DNA from: Pseudomonadota bacterium
GTDB lineage: Bacteria; Bdellovibrionota; Bdellovibrionia; Bdellovibrionales; Bdellovibrionaceae
Direction: 5' to 3'
DNA length: 64,000 bases
NCBI GenBank assembly: GCA_041178425.1
Contig: JBEGVH010000040.1
Span: 96,001 to 160,000, forward strand
The notes under the pieces were generated by a model, which had not been told where the DNA came from, made no database searches, and worked only from the letters and a program-made list of their open reading frames with translations. The position numbers were made by a program, and so were the translations under genes. Shown one piece after another: positions 27,134 to 37,062 of the stretch. Positions within the stretch are counted from its first letter, which is position 1; every line of letters starts with the position of its first letter.

Positions 27134-29176
27134 TTAAAAGTTTAAACCCAGTCCTGCTGTTCCGTAGAGGGCTTGAACGTTCACATTGGATTTGCCTACG
27201 GAGTAGTTGTAGGCTTTAATTCCAAAGCCAGCCTCACCAAAAAAGTACTTTTTCCATAAAACTTTTCCGTGGAAGTTCAGAGCGTAATTGGGATTCGGAG
27301 TTGTTTTTACTCCTGAAGTGAGTGGTAAAACATAATAGACCAGTTCCATGTCAACCCACTTTGGATAGTTCATATACGGAAACCAACTAATGATGCGGTC
27401 AAAAACGAGGGGCATCGAACGGGCCCAAAATAGTCCTGTTCCGGCAAATGAACCCTTAATATCGGTGATCGTGATGTCTTCAAAACCAAGAATAAGTCCC
27501 CAGGTTTCATCGCGCTCCCACAACCCGGGAGTGAATCGGTACTTCATATCAACGGTCGTTAGCCCCAGTGACAGGGGCGTACCAGTGCCGCCATTGGGTT
27601 GAAAGGTTTTAAGGCTCGAAAGGCGCTTGGCTGAGACTCCCCAACGTTGTTTGCTCAAGAGGGGGCTTTCGAGTCCGAGCAAAGTTTCAAACCACTGATT
27701 ATAGGCAAATTCATTCAAGAGATTGAGCTGCATATCTTTTGACAAAACACCCGCCAGGCGAAAGCTAAACTCTCCACTATAGCCTCGAAAGAGGTTGTAA
27801 TAGGCGGTAAAGTTTTGGTTGTTTTCAGTGGCGATAAGGCCTCCATCTTGTTCTTCGCCTTTAACGTCGGCCGGAAACTCCCAGGTGAAGTTATTCGTAT
27901 TGCTCACTAAATTTAATTTACCTGGAGGGGCTGCCTTGAATTGGCCACCATTGATGGAGGCCCCCTTAATTGCCGGACGACTGCTGTAAGTAGAAAGAGG
28001 AGGATTGATGAGTGTGATTTTTGAGAGGGCCGTAGGGGCTTTTGAAATCTCTAAATTATAGCGAAATAAGCCACCACCTGCACCGGGAACAATAAAATAG
28101 GTTTTATTTGATGGCATCATCGATACCCAAAAATCTTTTGGAGCGGCGATGGTTGCTTGCCATTGCAATTTAGCTGTTAAGCTTTTAGGGTCAACACCCG
28201 GAAAAAAACGTGTTTCGGGAAAAGTGGGAATATTTGAGTGGCCGGTGAAGAAATAGGCTTTTTTAGTCTCCTCGTAGGCAAAATCGAGAAGGTTAAGAGA
28301 ATTGGGCTTGCTGAAAAATTCGACGGTGAAGCCTTGTTTTGAAACGGCGAGAAATCGAACCGGAGTTTCTGGTTTAATTTCAACCAAAGCTTCGGTGCTC
28401 GTTTCTTTTTGATCAAGAAAAACTTTTGTCGATCCTGATTGGATCTGTAGTTTCAGAGTTCTGTCTTTGTTTGAGTAACGATAATAAGGCGTGCAGGCCT
28501 TAAAAAAGTATTCGCTATCGGCCTTTTTCCAACAGAAGCGATAACCGCTTTTCATGTTCATGCCCATGAGAGCTCGCTTCATCTTTTCCGCCGACAACAG
28601 GGCGCTGGTTTGTTCTTGAGGGTTAACGTCTTTCCAGAAATTGTTGCTGAGGGTTTTGGCGAGCAGGCTTCCTTGATTGAACTGTTCTTTGGAAAACTCT
28701 CGTTCGGCAAGCACTTGCCCGCTTTCGCCAACCACTTCTAAAGTTCCGCTGGTCCCGAGGGCCATGGGAGCCGTAATAAAAAGAACCATGGTGTTGGGGC
28801 CGTAGGGGATTCCCGCAGGAATTCCCAAATTCTTCATTGGAGTGATGAGAGCCTGAAAGGTCGTTGGGTTAAAAGTGGCACCTGAAATGACCATGTCTTC
28901 AGCGCGATCAATACCAAAACTCAATTGGGGACCAATCACCTTGACGCCATTTTTTTCGGGCCTGAATTTTAAAACGTGAGGCTGAACCTGAAAGTCGGCC
29001 AGCGACAAGGGTTTGATCGGTGTGAGGGGCGTCTTTTTTTGCGGGAGCTCATTTTTCGCCGGTGCCGGAGCTGCAGGAGGCTCTTGGGGGACCGTTGGCG
29101 AGGGGGTCTCTTGAGCGAAAGCTGAAAGAGAGAGAAAAGAAAAAAAGAGGACGAGATTCAAATTAAAAATTTTCAT
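27134..29176 (-). CDS. Hypothetical outer membrane protein, paralog of 25150-27045
   Basis: Signal peptide SAFA, Pro-rich linker, C-terminal beta-signal-like GLGLNF. Confidence 0.7.
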   Translation of the reverse strand: MKIFNLNLVLFFSFLSLSAFAQETPSPTVPQEPPAAPAPAKNELPQKKTPLTPIKPLSLADFQVQPHVLKFRPEKNGVKVIGPQLSFGIDRAEDMVISGATFNPTTFQALITPMKNLGIPAGIPYGPNTMVLFITAPMALGTSGTLEVVGESGQVLAEREFSKEQFNQGSLLAKTLSNNFWKDVNPQEQTSALLSAEKMKRALMGMNMKSGYRFCWKKADSEYFFKACTPYYRYSNKDRTLKLQIQSGSTKVFLDQKETSTEALVEIKPETPVRFLAVSKQGFTVEFFSKPNSLNLLDFAYEETKKAYFFTGHSNIPTFPETRFFPGVDPKSLTAKLQWQATIAAPKDFWVSMMPSNKTYFIVPGAGGGLFRYNLEISKAPTALSKITLINPPLSTYSSRPAIKGASINGGQFKAAPPGKLNLVSNTNNFTWEFPADVKGEEQDGGLIATENNQNFTAYYNLFRGYSGEFSFRLAGVLSKDMQLNLLNEFAYNQWFETLLGLESPLLSKQRWGVSAKRLSSLKTFQPNGGTGTPLSLGLTTVDMKYRFTPGLWERDETWGLILGFEDITITDIKGSFAGTGLFWARSMPLVFDRIISWFPYMNYPKWVDMELVYYVLPLTSGVKTTPNPNYALNFHGKVLWKKYFFGEAGFGIKAYNYSVGKSNVNVQALYGTAGLGLNF

Positions 29177-29239
29177 ACCTTTAGTCTTAGTGAAAAGAGT
29201 TCGGTTGTCTAGAAAAGATTGAATTCGAAGAGAGGCTAA

Positions 29240-30226
29240 TTAGCGAGTCATTCGTTTTAGTTTATAAATAAGATCCCATTTGGGGGCGAACTTGGCGATT
29301 TCATCGCAAGAAAATGTCACGTAAACGCCGGTCTCTTCCATTATTTTTTCAGAAATTACCTTTTTTTCAATCAATGAGTTGACGTCGTCCATCCGAACAA
29401 GAAAATCGAGTTCTTTCATAGACTCATCTTGCATGTCTTTCAGAGAGAGCTTTACTAATCCTTTTGCGTTAGGAGTTAACTTTTGTCCAAAATGAAGGAC
29501 CGCTTTTAGAATGGTCAGCTCATCTTCTCTTATTAGAATTCGATCTTTTTCTTGTTTAAAAAGCCAATCGTTGTACCAATCGACAAATTCGAACAGTTGA
29601 TCGGGCTTTTTATTGACGATCTTTTGTTTGCCTTCGCCTAAATCTTCTACCGAGAATAAACCAATTTCATTGAGGGCAGAAAGAAGCTTTTCCATTTTGT
29701 GGGTGGCTTCTTGAAAGATCTGAATCGTGTAATTACGCAAGCGAAACTGTGGAACGATTAGGCCATCTTCGGTGCTTTGTCCATAACGGTGACCCACAAA
29801 ATTCAAAATAGAGAGTAATTTGTTAATGGTATGTGGGGGGAAGAGATCCTCTTCTCCGGGTGGTTTTTCGAGGTTTTTAATTCGCATATTCGCTTCACGA
29901 AGATGGTCGTTGACCGTTCTCATGACGGCCTTGCACCACTCAGGAAAGTTTTGAAATTGTGCGTGTAGCGCTTTAAACGGAAGTACAATCACCTCGGAAT
30001 CTTTGATGGCTTTCACAGAGGCGCTGCGGGGGCGACCGTCAAAAAAGGCCATTTCGCCCACCATCGAGCCAGGCCCTAATTCGGCGAGAATGATTTCATT
30101 GGTATTTTTAGCTTTAGTAACAGCGAGACGGCCGCCTTTAACAACGTACATGGCGTCGGATGGATCTCCATCGCGAAAAAGGTAATGGCCTGCAGGTATC
30201 TTTACTGATGCTGAAGACAAACTCAT
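29240..30226 (-). CDS. Cyclic nucleotide-binding (Crp/Fnr-like) protein
   Basis: LFRDGDPSDAMYVVKGG and phosphate-binding cassette GEMAFFDGRPRSA; long C-terminal extension. Confidence 0.85.
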   Translation of the reverse strand: MSLSSASVKIPAGHYLFRDGDPSDAMYVVKGGRLAVTKAKNTNEIILAELGPGSMVGEMAFFDGRPRSASVKAIKDSEVIVLPFKALHAQFQNFPEWCKAVMRTVNDHLREANMRIKNLEKPPGEEDLFPPHTINKLLSILNFVGHRYGQSTEDGLIVPQFRLRNYTIQIFQEATHKMEKLLSALNEIGLFSVEDLGEGKQKIVNKKPDQLFEFVDWYNDWLFKQEKDRILIREDELTILKAVLHFGQKLTPNAKGLVKLSLKDMQDESMKELDFLVRMDDVNSLIEKKVISEKIMEETGVYVTFSCDEIAKFAPKWDLIYKLKRMTR

Positions 30227-30283
30227 CTCCCCATAATGAAAGGAAGTTTCCTCTTACTATTGTGGGGGAGTGTTAGTTGTGGG

Positions 30284-30949
30284 TCAAATGCCTTTCAGTG
30301 GAATGGGACGAACATCGGTAGCCACTCGACAATGACCCTCGGTGGCTTTAACGACCTGTTCAATACTGAGGTCAGGGGCATGCTCGAGAAGCACAAATTC
30401 CCCCTTTTCAATTTTAAACACACCGTAGTCGGTAAAAACCTGATCAATGCACGATCGTCCGGTGAGAGGGAGATCGCATTTCTTAAGGAGTTTCGAATTT
30501 CCATCCTTATCGGTCTGTTGCATCGCTACAAGAACTCGTTTGGCTCCTGCCACAAGGTCCATAGCGCCGCCCATACCTTTGACCATTTTACCCGGAATCA
30601 TCCAGTTCGCGATATTACCTTCTTGGTCCACCTGCATTGCACCCAAGATGGTAAGATCGACGTGACCACCTCGGATCATGGCGAAGCTATCGGCGCTCGA
30701 AAAAAAACTTGCACCAGGAATGGCCGTAATAGTTTGTTTTCCAGCATTGATGAGGTCGGGATCAATGTCAGTTTCGCGAGGAAAAGGGCCAATCCCTAAA
30801 AGGCCGTTCTCGCTTTGCAAAAACACTCCTGAATCTGCGGGAAGAAAGTTGGCGACCAGAGTCGGAATTCCGATTCCTAAATTGACCACGCTACCCGCAG
30901 GGACTTCTAAAGCTAATCGTTGCGCAAGTTGTTCTCGATTGAGTGGCAT
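30284..30949 (-). CDS. scoB: 3-oxoacid CoA-transferase subunit B
   Basis: VNLGIGIPT, catalytic SENG, GMGGAMDLV. Confidence 0.93.
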   Translation of the reverse strand: MPLNREQLAQRLALEVPAGSVVNLGIGIPTLVANFLPADSGVFLQSENGLLGIGPFPRETDIDPDLINAGKQTITAIPGASFFSSADSFAMIRGGHVDLTILGAMQVDQEGNIANWMIPGKMVKGMGGAMDLVAGAKRVLVAMQQTDKDGNSKLLKKCDLPLTGRSCIDQVFTDYGVFKIEKGEFVLLEHAPDLSIEQVVKATEGHCRVATDVRPIPLKGI

Positions 30950-30969
30950 ATTAAATCCTCAAAAAAATA

Positions 30970-31671
30970 TTATTTACTAATCGTACGCTGTTCGATTCGT
31001 TTTTGATAATTGGTACCTTGAATGATACGTTGAACAAAGACACCCGGGGTATGGATTTGATCTGGGTCTAACTCGCCAACTTCAACAAGCTCTTCAACCT
31101 CAGCAATTGTTATCTTTCCTGCGGTGGCTACCATAGGATTAAAGTTTCGCGCCGTTTTTCTGAAGATGAGATTGCCAAACTTATCGCCCTTCCAGGCTTT
31201 GACAAGAGCAAAGTCTCCAGTGATTCCTTTTTCAAGAACGTAGTGACGTCCGTTAAATTCGCGGGTTTCTTTGCCTTCGGCCACAAGGGTTCCGTATCCT
31301 GTGGGCGTGTAGAAAGCAGGAATTCCAGCTCCGCCCGCACGCAAACGCTCGGCGAGAGTTCCTTGGGGTGTTAATTCCACTTCTAGTTCGCCACTCATGT
31401 ATTGTTTTTCAAAAGTGGCGTTCTCACCCACATAACTAGAAACCATTTTGCGAATTTGTTTAGTTTGCAAGAGAAGGCCCAGGCCCCAATCATCAACACC
31501 CGCATTGTTAGAAACGCAAGTGAGTCCCTTCGCTCCTGAGTCGCGAAGAGCAATGATGAGATTTTCGGGAATTCCGCAAAGGCCAAAACCGCCAACTAAT
31601 ACCGTCATATTGTCGGCGATGCCTTCGAGTGCCGCTTTCGCATTAGGGTAAACCTTTTTGAATGCGGACAT
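30970..31671 (-). CDS. scoA: 3-oxoacid CoA-transferase subunit A
   Basis: [33 protein letters not shown]. Confidence 0.93.
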   Translation of the reverse strand: MSAFKKVYPNAKAALEGIADNMTVLVGGFGLCGIPENLIIALRDSGAKGLTCVSNNAGVDDWGLGLLLQTKQIRKMVSSYVGENATFEKQYMSGELEVELTPQGTLAERLRAGGAGIPAFYTPTGYGTLVAEGKETREFNGRHYVLEKGITGDFALVKAWKGDKFGNLIFRKTARNFNPMVATAGKITIAEVEELVEVGELDPDQIHTPGVFVQRIIQGTNYQKRIEQRTISK

Positions 31672-31675
31672 AGTC

Positions 31676-32857
31676 TTAGATCTCCGTTTTTTCGATAATC
31701 ATAGCAACGGCCTCGCCGCCACCAATACAGAGAGTGGCTAGTCCGTATTTTTTCTTATGAGTATGAAGAGCATGTGTTAGCGTCGTCAGAACGCGAGCTC
31801 CGCTAGCTCCAATCGGATGGCCAAGAGCTACGGCTCCACCATGGGGATTAACTTTCTCTGCCGCGATGTTGAGTTCTTTCATCGCCACCATTGTTACTAC
31901 GGCAAAGGCTTCATTGATTTCCCAGAAATCAATATCATTGACGCTGAGTTTGGCCATTTGAAGTGCTTTTTTGATGGCACCAACAGGAGCTGTTGTGAAC
32001 CACTTTGGATCTTGAGCAAAGGTGGCATAACTCACAATTTTTGCTAAGGGCTTCAGGGAGCGTGCTTTCACCTGTGATCCAGACATTAGAACCAAGGCAC
32101 TGGCACCATCATTAATTTTACTGGCGTTAGCGGCGGTAATGGTTCCTTGTTTATCGAAGGCGGGCTTCAAGCCGGTCATTTTATCGAAGCGGGCGTTGCC
32201 TGGCTCTTCATCTTTATCGATGGTGACTGTGTCTTTCTTGCCTGCAATAGAAAGATTAATAATTTCGTTCTTAAAAAGACCTTCTGATTGAGCCTTTTGT
32301 GCTTTCTTATAGCTGTCGATGGCGAATTCGTCTTGGCCTTCTCGAGTAAAGTTATGCTCCTTCACGCAAAGTTCTCCGGCATTTCCCATATGCCAGTTGT
32401 TGTAAGGATCCCAGAGACCATCCTTAATCATCGAATCGATGAGAGATACATTTCCCATGCGATATCCAAGGCGGGAATTTTCCATTAGGTGGGGGGTTTG
32501 CGACATATTTTCTTGTCCGCCCGAAACAACGATGAGCTCAGGGTTCAAACGAATGGCATCGGCGCCGAGCATTACCGCTTTGAGGCCTGATCCACAAACT
32601 TTGTTGATAGTTAAACAAGCGACAGATGTTGGTAAGCCCGCATGAATGGCTGATTGGCGTGCGGGGGCTTGGCCGACTCCGGCGGTAAGAACTTGGCCCA
32701 TGATACATTCAGAGATGTCTTCGGGTTTTACTTGACTCCGAGCGATAGCTTCTTTGATGGCAGCGGCGCCCAGCTGGGGAGCACTTAAGGTGCTCAGAGT
32801 TCCTTGAAAAGATCCGATGGGGGTGCGAACAGCACTTGTAATATAAACATTTTCCAT
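31676..32857 (-). CDS. atoB: Acetyl-CoA acetyltransferase (thiolase)
   Basis: [24 protein letters not shown]. Confidence 0.92.
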   Translation of the reverse strand: MENVYITSAVRTPIGSFQGTLSTLSAPQLGAAAIKEAIARSQVKPEDISECIMGQVLTAGVGQAPARQSAIHAGLPTSVACLTINKVCGSGLKAVMLGADAIRLNPELIVVSGGQENMSQTPHLMENSRLGYRMGNVSLIDSMIKDGLWDPYNNWHMGNAGELCVKEHNFTREGQDEFAIDSYKKAQKAQSEGLFKNEIINLSIAGKKDTVTIDKDEEPGNARFDKMTGLKPAFDKQGTITAANASKINDGASALVLMSGSQVKARSLKPLAKIVSYATFAQDPKWFTTAPVGAIKKALQMAKLSVNDIDFWEINEAFAVVTMVAMKELNIAAEKVNPHGGAVALGHPIGASGARVLTTLTHALHTHKKKYGLATLCIGGGEAVAMIIEKTEI

Positions 32858-32940
32858 TGATGATCTCCTTATGCCTGTGGGTGGAGTAAAGTTTTGTTGG
32901 AGTCCACCGAGTTTTCAAAGTTTTGTCAAGGAGGAAGGTC

Positions 32941-33891
32941 ATGAGAGCTCTGCGATGGTTTTCTGCTGCGAGCATTTATTTTTTAAGTTCAGTTTTATTG
33001 GCAATGGATTGGGAGATTCCTTCTTCTGGTGTACAGGTTGTCCAAGTTCGAGCGCGCGCAGCAAAAGTGGTGGTTGAAAAAAATCATGGAAGCACCATCC
33101 GCGTTTCGATTTCAGGCCTGGGCGAACAATCGTGGCAACACGAATTGCAAACTTCGAACTTATTAATTTCTGGCCCTGAGGATCTCGGAACTACCGAAGA
33201 AACAAAAATAACCTTGGGAATTCCCGATTCAATCACTCAGACGCAGTTAGTTTTTGAAGATATCCGAGCTGACCTCAAGTCAGTCTCGCGGTTGGTTGTG
33301 ACTGCTCTCAAGGGGAGAATCTCTGTGAGTGCGGCTGGCGAGAACGTGAAGTTTTTCATGGAGAAGGGTGAAATCATCAGTGCTCAGCATTTGGGCTCCA
33401 TGGAAATTGAGAGTTATGGAGGAAAAATCACGATTAACGATGGGCAAGGCCCTTTGAAAATCAGACTTTTTGGTGGCGATTTAGCAGTGACTAAAAGTCA
33501 GGGAAGTATCAATCTGGAAAGTAACGCATCTTCGGCAAAAATCAACGGACTCCAGGGCAACCTATCGCTTCTCTGGGGAAAAGGAACATTTCAATTGATG
33601 GATTTTAGTGGGCGATTTGAAGGGGTCAGTCGCGATGGGCAGCTACAACTTCAATTAAAACCAGAGGCGATGGTTGATCTCCAAGCGGAGCGAGGCAAGG
33701 TTAACATTAATTTACCGTCAGACAGTGGTGCCGCTGTGAATGTAAGAACGGTGAGTGGAAGCCTTAGTGTTCCAGGGCCCATTAAATCAGGAAGAGAGGG
33801 GCGATTCCGAGTGGCCCGTGGTAAATTGGTGGGCGCCTCAAAAGGAAGCATAACGATTCGATCGGATGATGCCTCCGTTGGAATCAGATAG
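32941..33891 (+). CDS. DUF4097 / putative adhesin beta-solenoid protein
   Basis: Start moved to ATG 32941 (SD AGGAGG); signal peptide; repeated G.I.I..S..G.I units. Confidence 0.7.
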   Translation: MRALRWFSAASIYFLSSVLLAMDWEIPSSGVQVVQVRARAAKVVVEKNHGSTIRVSISGLGEQSWQHELQTSNLLISGPEDLGTTEETKITLGIPDSITQTQLVFEDIRADLKSVSRLVVTALKGRISVSAAGENVKFFMEKGEIISAQHLGSMEIESYGGKITINDGQGPLKIRLFGGDLAVTKSQGSINLESNASSAKINGLQGNLSLLWGKGTFQLMDFSGRFEGVSRDGQLQLQLKPEAMVDLQAERGKVNINLPSDSGAAVNVRTVSGSLSVPGPIKSGREGRFRVARGKLVGASKGSITIRSDDASVGIR

Positions 33892-33944
33892 TTTTGATCA
33901 AATCCATTGACAGAGACCTAAAAATAACACAAGCATCGAAGACT

Positions 33945-34889
33945 ATGGGAAAATCGACTCAAAAATCAGCTAAAAAAGATTCAAAATCAGCCAAGGTGTC
34001 TGCCAAAGCGGCAGCACCTAAAAAAGCCGTGAAGGCTGCGCCTAAAAAAGCCGTTGATAAAAAGGCTTTAGATAAAAAAGCAGCCGATAAAAAAGCGGCG
34101 AAAGCACCTGTCAAGGGGGCGTCAAAAGGGGCTATAAAACCGGCTACCAAAAAAGGTCCGGCTCCGAAGACGGTTGTTAAACCTCCAGTGGCTTCTAAAA
34201 AAGTAGAAGCTAAAAAAACCGTCCCAGCGAAAGTCGAAGAACCGAAAAAAGGTAAGGCACCAAAAACTCCAGCACCCGCGGCTCCGGCCCCTACTAAACC
34301 TGCCAAAGCGGCATCGAAAAAGAAAGGTGCTGCCAAAAAGGAAGAATTTGAGCTCGAAGACGACTTGGTAGGTGAGGGTGATGATTTTGCTTCTGATGAA
34401 CTTTCCGAGTATCAAGCTGAGTTAGAGAGTGCTGAAGAAGAAGTTGAAGAGAAAGAACTTCCCATAGAAGAGACGCCTGTGGTGGTTGCACCAACTTCGA
34501 TTAAAGAAAAAGGCGACGATATTATTCTCACGGATGCTGAAGGGCGCCGTTACTGTCGTGTGAAGGACTGTGATCAAGTAGCAACAGTCGATGGGTATTG
34601 CCGTTTTCACTACCTTCTTTTGTGGAAAAAAATCCAAGTTCGTAAGAAGATTCTAACCGATGGTAAACTTGAACGTTACATCGAAGAATTGACGTCTCGT
34701 TATCCAGATAAGTTTTTAGAAGTTATCCGTCGTGATTTGCGAACAGAAAAAGATTTCGTTTCTGCCATCCAAGAAATGGAAATTGATGAATCTGGCGGCG
34801 ATAGTGATTTTGAAGATGAGTCATCTAACTTCATTGAAGAAGTACGCGGCGCATCTCCCGAAGGAATTGTGGAAGACGACGAATACTAG
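33945..34889 (+). CDS. Histone H1-like Lys/Ala-rich protein with acidic region and C-x4-C-x9-C-x2-H motif
   Basis: KKAxxKKA repeats, Glu/Asp-rich linker, YCRVKDCDQVATVDGYCRFH; ATG 33945 preferred as start. Confidence 0.75.
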   Translation: MGKSTQKSAKKDSKSAKVSAKAAAPKKAVKAAPKKAVDKKALDKKAADKKAAKAPVKGASKGAIKPATKKGPAPKTVVKPPVASKKVEAKKTVPAKVEEPKKGKAPKTPAPAAPAPTKPAKAASKKKGAAKKEEFELEDDLVGEGDDFASDELSEYQAELESAEEEVEEKELPIEETPVVVAPTSIKEKGDDIILTDAEGRRYCRVKDCDQVATVDGYCRFHYLLLWKKIQVRKKILTDGKLERYIEELTSRYPDKFLEVIRRDLRTEKDFVSAIQEMEIDESGGDSDFEDESSNFIEEVRGASPEGIVEDDEY

Positions 34890-34912
34890 GGTCTTTAGAA
34901 ATTTAGTTTCAC

Positions 34913-34947
34913 AAAAAAAAAGGGTGCTGAGGAAGCACCCTTTTTTT
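34913..34947. terminator. Bidirectional intrinsic terminator
   Basis: A-run, GGGTGCT-gagga-AGCACCC, T-run, between convergent genes. Confidence 0.9.
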
Positions 34948-34966
34948 ATTCTCTTGATTGCAGGTT

Positions 34967-35593
34967 TTAATGCTTTACCGTGTTGGAGTCATAATTTTGG
35001 CAATGCCCTGAGTCTTCATCCTCTTCAGTGCCATCATCGCCTTCGAAATTAAGGTCATCGAGATCATCCGCTTCATCGTCTTCTGGGCTCACCTGAATAC
35101 GCTCCTCGACAACGTAGTCGAGAGCGTCTTGGCTTTCTTGTTCATGAACCAGTTCGCTGTCAAGGGATCCTAAGAGTCTATCGGCCTCAGCCTCAAGGTC
35201 TGTATTCACTGTGGTGTATTGCACGAACAAGGGTGTGCCCTCGAATTTGAACTCCGTCCATTGGCGAGGAAAGTCCGCCTCACCATCGAAATCAAAATAC
35301 TCAGCCATCATCGACGCTGCCGCTTCAATACAATGGTGCATCACTTTTTTGGCATTTTGAGCTTCGGGATTGTAGTGGGCTGAAATTTCAAAATTATCCT
35401 GTTTTAAGCTACCCTCCGTGCGAATTCCAAGGCGAAAGAGGATCTCCTCGGGGTAGATACGGCCGTCGAGATGGAGGCCTGCGCCTTCGATGAGGTTTTC
35501 TTCAAAAGTTTCGGCAACAAGGTCTTGTACCTGCTCGAGGAACTCTGGTGGGAAATTTGTCCATGTTTTCGAGTTACTGAGGCGTGGATTCAT
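34967..35593 (-). CDS. Hypothetical cytoplasmic protein with acidic tail
   Basis: Start moved to ATG 35593 (SD AAGGAG), which removes the overlap with miaB. Confidence 0.75.
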   Translation of the reverse strand: MNPRLSNSKTWTNFPPEFLEQVQDLVAETFEENLIEGAGLHLDGRIYPEEILFRLGIRTEGSLKQDNFEISAHYNPEAQNAKKVMHHCIEAAASMMAEYFDFDGEADFPRQWTEFKFEGTPLFVQYTTVNTDLEAEADRLLGSLDSELVHEQESQDALDYVVEERIQVSPEDDEADDLDDLNFEGDDGTEEDEDSGHCQNYDSNTVKH

Positions 35594-35688
35594 CGTATTT
35601 TCTCCTTGGCGTTGACCCGTTTGAAGGAATGTCTTATAAAGCATGATCAAATTTGAGGCAATGCGAAATTTCGTGCCAGGAGGAATTC

Positions 35689-37062
35689 TTGATCGAAACT
35701 CAACCAGCGGATTCAGTCGTTCCCAAAACCCAATACTCCAACCATGATATCGGTCAAGGCCGTGGGGTTTATGTTTCAACCTATGGTTGTCAGATGAACG
35801 TCAATGATTCTGAGAGGATGTATGCCCTATTAGAAATGGCTAATTTCGTACCAGTGCCTGCTCCAGAGCAAGCGTCGCTGATCATCATCAATTCTTGCAG
35901 TGTTCGTGAAAAGCCAGTTCATAAAGTTTTTTCTGAAGTTGGCACTTTTCGTAAACTCCGTGAAAAAAATCCTAGTTTAAAAATCGGGGTCGGAGGGTGT
36001 GTAGGCTCTCAAGAAAAAGCTAATCTGGTAAAAAAACAGCCTATGATCGATTTCGTATTTGGAACCGATAATATCGATCAGTTGCCTTCGATCATTGCCA
36101 AGGTTTATGAGTCCGATAAAGCTACAATTCAAACGAGTTTCGAGCATAGAGCGCCATACTATATTGAAACTCTGGTGAGAAATCCTGGTGTGGCTTCTTT
36201 CGTGAACGTAACAAAGGGCTGTGATAATTTCTGTACCTTCTGTGTTGTACCTTACACGCGAGGGCGTGAAAAATCGCGTCCCTATGAGCATGTCATAAAA
36301 GATGTCAATGAACTCACGGCCCGAGGAGTGAAAGAGGTTACTCTTTTAGGACAAAATGTAAACTCCTATGAGTCGGAATGCGGAAAGGATTTTGCTGACC
36401 TTCTGAAAGGCCTGGCTGTTGAAACTAAAATTGAGCGCATTCGCTATATGACGAGCCATCCAAAAGATTTTGATGAAAAGCTCATGCAAGTAATGGCGGA
36501 TCACCAAACTAAAATTTGTGAATACATTCACTTGCCCGTTCAAAGTGGAAGCACTCGCATTCTCGAAAAAATGAATCGCGGCTATAGTCGTGAGGAGTAT
36601 CTCGCAAAGATTGCTCAGATTAAAAAAATTATTCCTAATGTTGTGCTTTCAACAGATATCATTGTTGGCTTTCCGGGCGAATCCGAAGAAGACTTTCAAG
36701 ATACGGTGAATATGATAAAAGAAGTCGGTTATGAGACCATCTTTGCTTATAAGTATTCACCGCGACCATTCACTAAAGCGGCGCGTTTTGAAGATCAAGT
36801 TCCAGAAGACGTAAAAGATCGTCGATTGAGCGAGCTCTTTGATTTTCACAACGCCATGGGGTTTGAATTAGTGAAGCGATACGAGGGTCAGGTTTTACAA
36901 GTCCTTGTTGAGAGTTTTTCTGAAGAGCGAGGAAATCTACACGGACGTTCAATACAAAATAAAAATGTTTACTTTAATGGCCCCAAAGAACTCGTTGGGC
37001 AAACGGTGCCCGTTCGAATCACTCGAGCCGCTCCTGCCACTTTCCGTGGAGAAATGGTGTGA
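35689..37062 (+). CDS. miaB: tRNA methylthiotransferase MiaB
   Basis: TYGCQMN, radical SAM motif CDNFCTFC, STDIIVGFPGE, YSPRP, TRAM domain; TTG start after AGGAGG. Confidence 0.95.
   Translation: MIETQPADSVVPKTQYSNHDIGQGRGVYVSTYGCQMNVNDSERMYALLEMANFVPVPAPEQASLIIINSCSVREKPVHKVFSEVGTFRKLREKNPSLKIGVGGCVGSQEKANLVKKQPMIDFVFGTDNIDQLPSIIAKVYESDKATIQTSFEHRAPYYIETLVRNPGVASFVNVTKGCDNFCTFCVVPYTRGREKSRPYEHVIKDVNELTARGVKEVTLLGQNVNSYESECGKDFADLLKGLAVETKIERIRYMTSHPKDFDEKLMQVMADHQTKICEYIHLPVQSGSTRILEKMNRGYSREEYLAKIAQIKKIIPNVVLSTDIIVGFPGESEEDFQDTVNMIKEVGYETIFAYKYSPRPFTKAARFEDQVPEDVKDRRLSELFDFHNAMGFELVKRYEGQVLQVLVESFSEERGNLHGRSIQNKNVYFNGPKELVGQTVPVRITRAAPATFRGEMV

Noticed and set aside
33959..34336. 125 aa hydrophobic Ala/Phe-rich minus-strand ORF
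   Set aside because: Antisense shadow of the Lys/Ala repeats of the H1-like gene.
35594..35779. N-terminal extension of ORF 34967-35779
   Set aside because: Overlaps miaB head-to-head; a good SD precedes ATG 35593.
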